A stretch of 64,000 bases of DNA from Fibrobacteria bacterium (GTDB lineage: Bacteria > Fibrobacterota > Fibrobacteria > UBA11236), in assembly GCA_041746255.1 (NCBI GenBank), contig JBGTHM010000100.1, forward strand, positions 96,001-160,000, given 5' to 3'. Positions 58,943-64,000 of this stretch are shown in pieces. Below the pieces are notes generated by a model that saw nothing but the letters and a program-made list of their open reading frames with translations, was not told the origin of the DNA and did not search any database. A program made the position numbers and the translations under genes. How positions within the stretch are numbered: the stretch's first letter is position 1; each line of letters opens with the position of its first letter.

Positions 58943-59556
58943 TGAGTCCACCTCGGTAACCAATACAGCATCAGATAGATGGGAATCCAGGACAGGGCGG
59001 TAAATTTCCAGTGCATGATGTTTAAATCGACGCCTAATCGCCGCTCCGAATTGATATAACCTTTGATTGCCAACCACGCTAAAATTGCGGTCGCGAACAG
59101 CGCGGCAACCACATGCATGAGATGGTATCCCGTCAGAATCCAAACAAAGGAGGTATAGGCATTGTCTCCGAGGCCAAAAGGTAAAGCTTCGGACTGCAAC
59201 CACCGGAGCAGTACAGAAGTCGCTGCCATACCGCTGCAGAGGAACTGTGCCAAGACGAAGATCCGGGTATGCCCCCGCTCCAGATATTTACCACCGTAAA
59301 TCGTGGTGAATGCGCAAATCCCCAATAATAGGACTTCGATTCCGGGGTAAAGGGCTGGAGGGAGTTGCGTTCCAGCAGGTGGCCATCCCATTCGGTCCAG
59401 TGCCACGTTGACAATCCACAGGTAAAAAAATCCAACGATAAACACGGCAATGATGGTCGCAGCGATGGTAATGAACACAACGCCTCCCCACCAAAATGGG
59501 TGAGTCACGCCCGAATGGATGCGGGGCCATTGGCTGACGTCAATCGGCTCGCTCAC
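58939..59556 (-). CDS. ctaE: Cytochrome c oxidase subunit III
   Basis: NAYTSFVWILTGYHLMHV and HWKF...WIPIY. GTG start overlaps the subunit I stop. Confidence 0.85.
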   Translation of the reverse strand: MSEPIDVSQWPRIHSGVTHPFWWGGVVFITIAATIIAVFIVGFFYLWIVNVALDRMGWPPAGTQLPPALYPGIEVLLLGICAFTTIYGGKYLERGHTRIFVLAQFLCSGMAATSVLLRWLQSEALPFGLGDNAYTSFVWILTGYHLMHVVAALFATAILAWLAIKGYINSERRLGVDLNIMHWKFTALSWIPIYLMLYWLPRWTQ

Positions 59557-61448
59557 CTTTCCACCTTTCCGCTCACAGTGGATTTGATCGGCCAGAACCA
59601 GCATGCCGCGGCCATCAAGCCTCCGCAAAACCCGGCGACATACCACCAGGGGCTGAAAATACTCCCGATAAAGGCGATGGATGAAATCACCGCCAGGATA
59701 AAAGGCCAAATGCTGGGACCGGGAAGTTCGACTACCGCTTGCGGCTCCGCTTCCACTGAGGTGGTAATAATTATTTCCCGCGCGTCTTCGCGCAATCCTC
59801 TTACCCCGGGGGCTGGATGCGGTCCGTCCTTCCAAACGGGATTTAAGCTGGTGATTCGCGGAACTTCCGCGAAGTTGTAATTCGCGGGCGGCGAAGTTGT
59901 CATCCATTCCAAAGTATCCGCATTCCAGGGGTTATCTCCTGAAGGCCGGCCGCGCCGAAGGCTCCATACGATATTGATCAATAATACCAGCACGCCCAAT
60001 GCCAGCAGGTAAGTTCCCCAGGTCGAAAGCTGATTCAAGATATCCCATCCCAGGTCGGGGAGATAGGTATAAATGCGACGCGGCATGCCCCGAAAACCCA
60101 AGTTGTGCATGGGGAAAAAGGCGACATTGAATCCGATGAACATCATCCAAAAGTTGAGCTTGCCCAATCGCTCCGACAGCATACGGCCTGTGAACTTGGG
60201 CCACCAGTAATAGATTCCCCCGAAAATGGGAAACACCACGCCTCCAATCAGAACATAATGGAAATGGGCCACTACGAAATAACTGTCGTGTACTTGCAGG
60301 TCGAAGGGAATGGAAGCCACCATTACCCCGGTGAGACCGCCGATGAGAAACAGGGAAATGAACCCAAAGCAAAAGAGGAAGGGGGTTTTGAAAACGGGAC
60401 GGCCTCCCCATATCGTCGCCAACCATGCGAAGAATTGGATACCCGTGGGAAGCGCGACCAAGCCACTGGCCGCGGCAAAGAAGCCGTCCGCCTGGGTGGG
60501 AAGCCCGGTGGCGAACATATGATGCACCCATAACCCGAAACTGATCACTCCCGTCGAAATGATGGCCACGACTACGGCCGTGTAGCCGAACAGAGGGCGT
60601 CCGCAGAAAACGGGAATGATGGTCGACACGATACCCGTGGCGGGAAGGAAAATGATATAGACCTCCGGATGCCCGAACCACCAGAAAAGATGCTGCCAAA
60701 GCAGAACATCCCCGCCCAAAGCGGGTTGGAAAAATGCGGTTTCCAGCAAGCGATCCATAGCCAGCATGACGCTGGCCACGACTATTCCCGGCATGGCGAA
60801 AACGATCATGATGGCCGCCACGAGAATCGACCAGACGAAAGGAGAGGTTCTACCCAGAGTCATTCCCGGGGCGCGTTGCTTGAGAATGGTCACGATGAGC
60901 TCCACCGCGGCCGCCAGAGCAGCCACTTCAATAAAGCTGATGACGGTGGCGTACACGGAAATGCGATGGCTGGGAGAAAATTCCTTGAGGGCCAAGGTGG
61001 GATAATTGAACCAACCTGCATCGGGCGCCGAACCCAAAAAGAGGGAGATCCACAGGGCTATACCTCCGATGAGGAACACGTAATAACTATATGCGCTCAA
61101 GCGCGGGAAACACAAATCGCGCGTGCCGATCATCAAGGGAACCAGATAAATGGCGAATCCCTCGACCATGGGAATGGCGAACAGAAACATCATCACCGTA
61201 CCGTGTACCGTAAAGACTTGATTGAAGAAATCGGGTCCCATGAAATCGTTCTGCGGCGAAGCGAGTTGCACACGCATCAGGACACCCAGAACTCCCGCAC
61301 CCAGGAAGAATATGAAAGCGGTGACGAGATACCGTATCCCGATATTTTTATGATTTACAATCGTGAACCATCCCCAGAGTCCGAATGGGTTACCCCAGGT
61401 ACAGTCCAAGGTTTCGTGATTTACAGGGTCGTCGGTTTGGGTATTCAT
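59553..61448 (-). CDS. ctaD: Cytochrome c oxidase subunit I (A1-type GHPEVY), atypical proton channels
   Basis: HGTVM, WFGHPEVYI, WVHHMF, VVAHFHYV and GMPRR. Confidence 0.96.
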   Translation of the reverse strand: MNTQTDDPVNHETLDCTWGNPFGLWGWFTIVNHKNIGIRYLVTAFIFFLGAGVLGVLMRVQLASPQNDFMGPDFFNQVFTVHGTVMMFLFAIPMVEGFAIYLVPLMIGTRDLCFPRLSAYSYYVFLIGGIALWISLFLGSAPDAGWFNYPTLALKEFSPSHRISVYATVISFIEVAALAAAVELIVTILKQRAPGMTLGRTSPFVWSILVAAIMIVFAMPGIVVASVMLAMDRLLETAFFQPALGGDVLLWQHLFWWFGHPEVYIIFLPATGIVSTIIPVFCGRPLFGYTAVVVAIISTGVISFGLWVHHMFATGLPTQADGFFAAASGLVALPTGIQFFAWLATIWGGRPVFKTPFLFCFGFISLFLIGGLTGVMVASIPFDLQVHDSYFVVAHFHYVLIGGVVFPIFGGIYYWWPKFTGRMLSERLGKLNFWMMFIGFNVAFFPMHNLGFRGMPRRIYTYLPDLGWDILNQLSTWGTYLLALGVLVLLINIVWSLRRGRPSGDNPWNADTLEWMTTSPPANYNFAEVPRITSLNPVWKDGPHPAPGVRGLREDAREIIITTSVEAEPQAVVELPGPSIWPFILAVISSIAFIGSIFSPWWYVAGFCGGLMAAACWFWPIKSTVSGKVER

Positions 61449-62431
61449 TGCAGATTTTCCAGATAACGCAGCAGCGCCTGAAAATCCTCGGAATTAAGGG
61501 GAGTCGCGGGCATAAGGTTTCCCGGCTTGATGCCTTGCGGATCAGAGATCCATCCGCCCAGATGCCCTCTACGATTGGGAAGCGACGCGGCTGCCAGGGT
61601 ATGGCGGGGAGCGAGGTGAGTCAGGTCGGGACCCGCCTCAACGGCTACGGCAACCCCGCGGACGGTATGGCATTTAGCGCATCCGGCTTGCAGGAATACG
61701 TTTTTTCCACGGTGAGTCATTTCATCCTTCGGCTCCCGGGCTGGAAGTTGTTGCGCTTCCATCCACTCGGCAAACTCCTCCGGCAGTTGGGCTATCACCA
61801 GGAAAGCCATGAGGGCATGCTGGATGCCGCAGTATTCGGCGCATTGTCCCCGGTATATTCCCGCTTTGTTGGCCGCGAGCCGAAGGTAATTGGTGCGACC
61901 GGGCAGAAGATCGACTTTCCCGGCAAGACTAGGTACCCAAAAGCTGTGAATGACATTATCCGAACGAAGACGGAACCGAACTGGAACGCCCGTGGGAATA
62001 TGTATCTCATTTGCGGTTCGAAAAAGGGGTTCACCGTTCTCTCCCAGATAGGTGACCTCCCACCACCAAAGCTTTCCCACAACATCGATGGTTAAAGCTA
62101 CCGGCCCTTGCTCCGCATAGGCATCGGAAGAACGGAATGTCGCAGTAAGAATTACCGTCAAAAGAACGATGGTGACGCCTATTCCCCACCCCATGGCCAC
62201 CCCCAACTTTTTGTCCGGAACAGGAAGTTCTCCTTCGCTGCGTCTGCGGAAGGAAGCAACCAACAGGACTCCGATAACCGCGATGGTTACGAAAAGGCAG
62301 ATGGCGAAAAGAATCCACCAGAGGACAATGACGCGAGCGGCATCCGGGCCCGCGGTTTCGAACATGGACTGGGGACCCCCGCAAGCCATTAAAAGCAAAG
62401 CGACAATGGGAATTCTAAATCCTTTGCACAT
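61445..62431 (-). CDS. ctaC: Cytochrome c oxidase subunit II with fused cytochrome c (caa3-type)
   Basis: LMAC lipobox, two TM helices, WWW, VIHSFWVP, CuA motif CAEYCGIQHALM and C-terminal CAKCH. Alternative start at 62461. Confidence 0.95.
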   Translation of the reverse strand: MCKGFRIPIVALLLMACGGPQSMFETAGPDAARVIVLWWILFAICLFVTIAVIGVLLVASFRRRSEGELPVPDKKLGVAMGWGIGVTIVLLTVILTATFRSSDAYAEQGPVALTIDVVGKLWWWEVTYLGENGEPLFRTANEIHIPTGVPVRFRLRSDNVIHSFWVPSLAGKVDLLPGRTNYLRLAANKAGIYRGQCAEYCGIQHALMAFLVIAQLPEEFAEWMEAQQLPAREPKDEMTHRGKNVFLQAGCAKCHTVRGVAVAVEAGPDLTHLAPRHTLAAASLPNRRGHLGGWISDPQGIKPGNLMPATPLNSEDFQALLRYLENLQ

Positions 62432-63332
62432 TGAATTCCAATTTCTCCGAGTCTTTATCACGTAAGCCTATGAGCCAGGAAGCGAAAAGGGCGATGGCTA
62501 TGGCGGCGTAAATCATACAGGCGGGCATCCACATGATGTAGCCGGCCAAATGCTGATCGGTAAGCGGGGAGTATCCCAGCGCCGGGGTGGTATCCTCATA
62601 GTAGGGATACCAGACCACGGGAGAGAAAGCCATCAGAACTCCCAAGGCGGTGGAGTGGATCATGGCAAGAAACAGGTAGAGGACTCCCAGCCCCTGGTTG
62701 AGACGTCGCCGCGCCATGGGATGAAGGAGCGCCTGCCAAAACAGGCAAGCGGTCAGGAAAAAGGTGAGGTGCTGAATGTCGTGGAGAAATTGCGAACGCA
62801 ACGCTCCTTCGTAGAGAATAGGAATATGCCAAACCCAAAGTGTGAAGGCGAAGAGCAACCAGATGAGAATAGGCTGGCTAAAAGAAAAATACGGTAGCCG
62901 AAATCTTTGCACCCATTGCTGTGGCCGCCACAGTCGCCGTCTCCATACCCCAGGTAAGGCCCAAAGCATAAAGCTTCCCGGCGTTCCCAGAATAAACAGC
63001 GGCGCCGCCACCATCATCAAGGTGGTATGTTGAATCATATGTACCCATCCCAGCTTTCCCGCGTAGGTATCGAGTGGAGAAACCAGCGCCACGAGCAAGG
63101 CGATGATGGCGCCGCCGAAACACCAGAGACGAAGGCGGGGCAACGCGAAAGATCGGGACCGTTCCTTACGGCGGTAGCAGCCGAGTAAAAAAAGCAGCGT
63201 TAAAGTAAGGAGATTCAATAGAATCAAGGTCTGAGAGGGCCACCACCCTGAGCCACCTGTTGTGGATTCCGGCGCATGCGCCCATGCTCCCATGGGACAG
63301 AAAAAAAGGAACCTGTAGCCAAACCCCCTCAT
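62415..63332 (-). CDS. ctaG: caa3-type oxidase assembly factor CtaG
   Basis: SPLD, HMIQH...VAAPL, WVWHIP.LY, DQHLAGYIMW. AAGGAA RBS before the ATG at 63332. Confidence 0.9.
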   Translation of the reverse strand: MRGFGYRFLFFCPMGAWAHAPESTTGGSGWWPSQTLILLNLLTLTLLFLLGCYRRKERSRSFALPRLRLWCFGGAIIALLVALVSPLDTYAGKLGWVHMIQHTTLMMVAAPLFILGTPGSFMLWALPGVWRRRLWRPQQWVQRFRLPYFSFSQPILIWLLFAFTLWVWHIPILYEGALRSQFLHDIQHLTFFLTACLFWQALLHPMARRRLNQGLGVLYLFLAMIHSTALGVLMAFSPVVWYPYYEDTTPALGYSPLTDQHLAGYIMWMPACMIYAAIAIALFASWLIGLRDKDSEKLEFNVQRI

Positions 63333-63540
63333 GGATTTCCTTATGGAAGAATAACGAGATCCCGACATTCCGGTACCACCCACAGTTCATGCAGCGTGTA
63401 TGGTTTTTTAAAATGAAATGTTTCCAGCCCGGACGCAACAAAGAAACGCCCATTTCGACTGGATTACGGGAAAAATGTCCATCCCCTTGCTTCTCAGCAA
63501 AAGGGATGGATGGAGATTATCGAGAAGGTAATGTCGCGAA

Positions 63541-64000
63541 TTATTTAGTCAGGGACTGTACCCAATCCAGCTCACCTGCTTGCAGGCGAAGAATATGTGC
63601 ATTCGCCGCTGTATTACCCGGCAGGGGCAGGTTCACTTTTTCGGCAGCCTCGGTTCGAATGGGTTGCGCCAGAAGCAGCGTTCCATTGGCCCGATAAATA
63701 CTCATCAGGTAATTTCCCGCAAAGGGAAGGGTCAATTGCAGGGATTGATTCCCCAGTTCCACTTTTGCCCGGCCTACTCCGCTTATCCTGCCGGCCAAAT
63801 GGGTGGAAGCTTCCGAGACCACGCTTATCACCCAGTCTTTCGCCGCATCCGAAGGCGCATTGCCCAGGGCGACCTTGCCGCCGCCACTCACCGTGGTTAC
63901 AGACCCGTTCTTAAGCGCTCCTCCATTGCGGGGATCGTACCAGCGAACCAAAAAGGGACCGCTGGTTCCCGCAAGGTCCAAGGTGGTCGTTCCACCGCTT
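63541..64000 (-). CDS. C-terminal part of a secreted protein (Collagen_bind_2-like domain plus C-terminal sorting-like domain), 5' truncated
   Basis: VRWYDPRNGG...GGG...DWV motif followed by SIYRANGTLL...ILRLQAG. Frame runs off the window end. Confidence 0.65.
   Translation of the reverse strand, partial: SGGTTTLDLAGTSGPFLVRWYDPRNGGALKNGSVTTVSGGGKVALGNAPSDAAKDWVISVVSEASTHLAGRISGVGRAKVELGNQSLQLTLPFAGNYLMSIYRANGTLLLAQPIRTEAAEKVNLPLPGNTAANAHILRLQAGELDWVQSLTK

Noticed and set aside
1..64000. CRISPR array, rRNA, prophage or IS element
   Set aside because: No regularly spaced repeats, rRNA-like tracts, phage genes or transposases were found by eye.

Overview
Bacterial chromosomal window, probably Fibrobacterota (inferred from a fibro-slime domain protein and FlgD-Ig/T9SS-like C-terminal domains). 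Housekeeping genes: phoH (partial), tRNA-Val, tRNA-Asp, uvrB, pgeF, recR, engB, rdgB and leuS. Other content: an AsmA-family gene, an MCE/Mla transporter operon with TPR and beta-propeller partners, an extended MoxR-DUF58-Bat operon, three very large secreted surface proteins and a caa3-like cytochrome c oxidase cluster. The most unusual observations are: (1) a ~1.2-kb integrase-less islet bounded by a 162-bp, almost purely synonymous duplication of the uvrB 3' end, carrying an AT-rich lipoprotein gene and a long palindromic element; (2) a full-length GlgB homolog that has lost its GH13 catalytic motifs; (3) a heme-copper oxidase lacking the K-channel lysine and the D-channel asparagines; (4) two tandem adhesin-like proteins with a shared stalk but different head domains. 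No CRISPR array, rRNA, integrase or transposase was seen. All family assignments are by eye from motifs, with no database searches.
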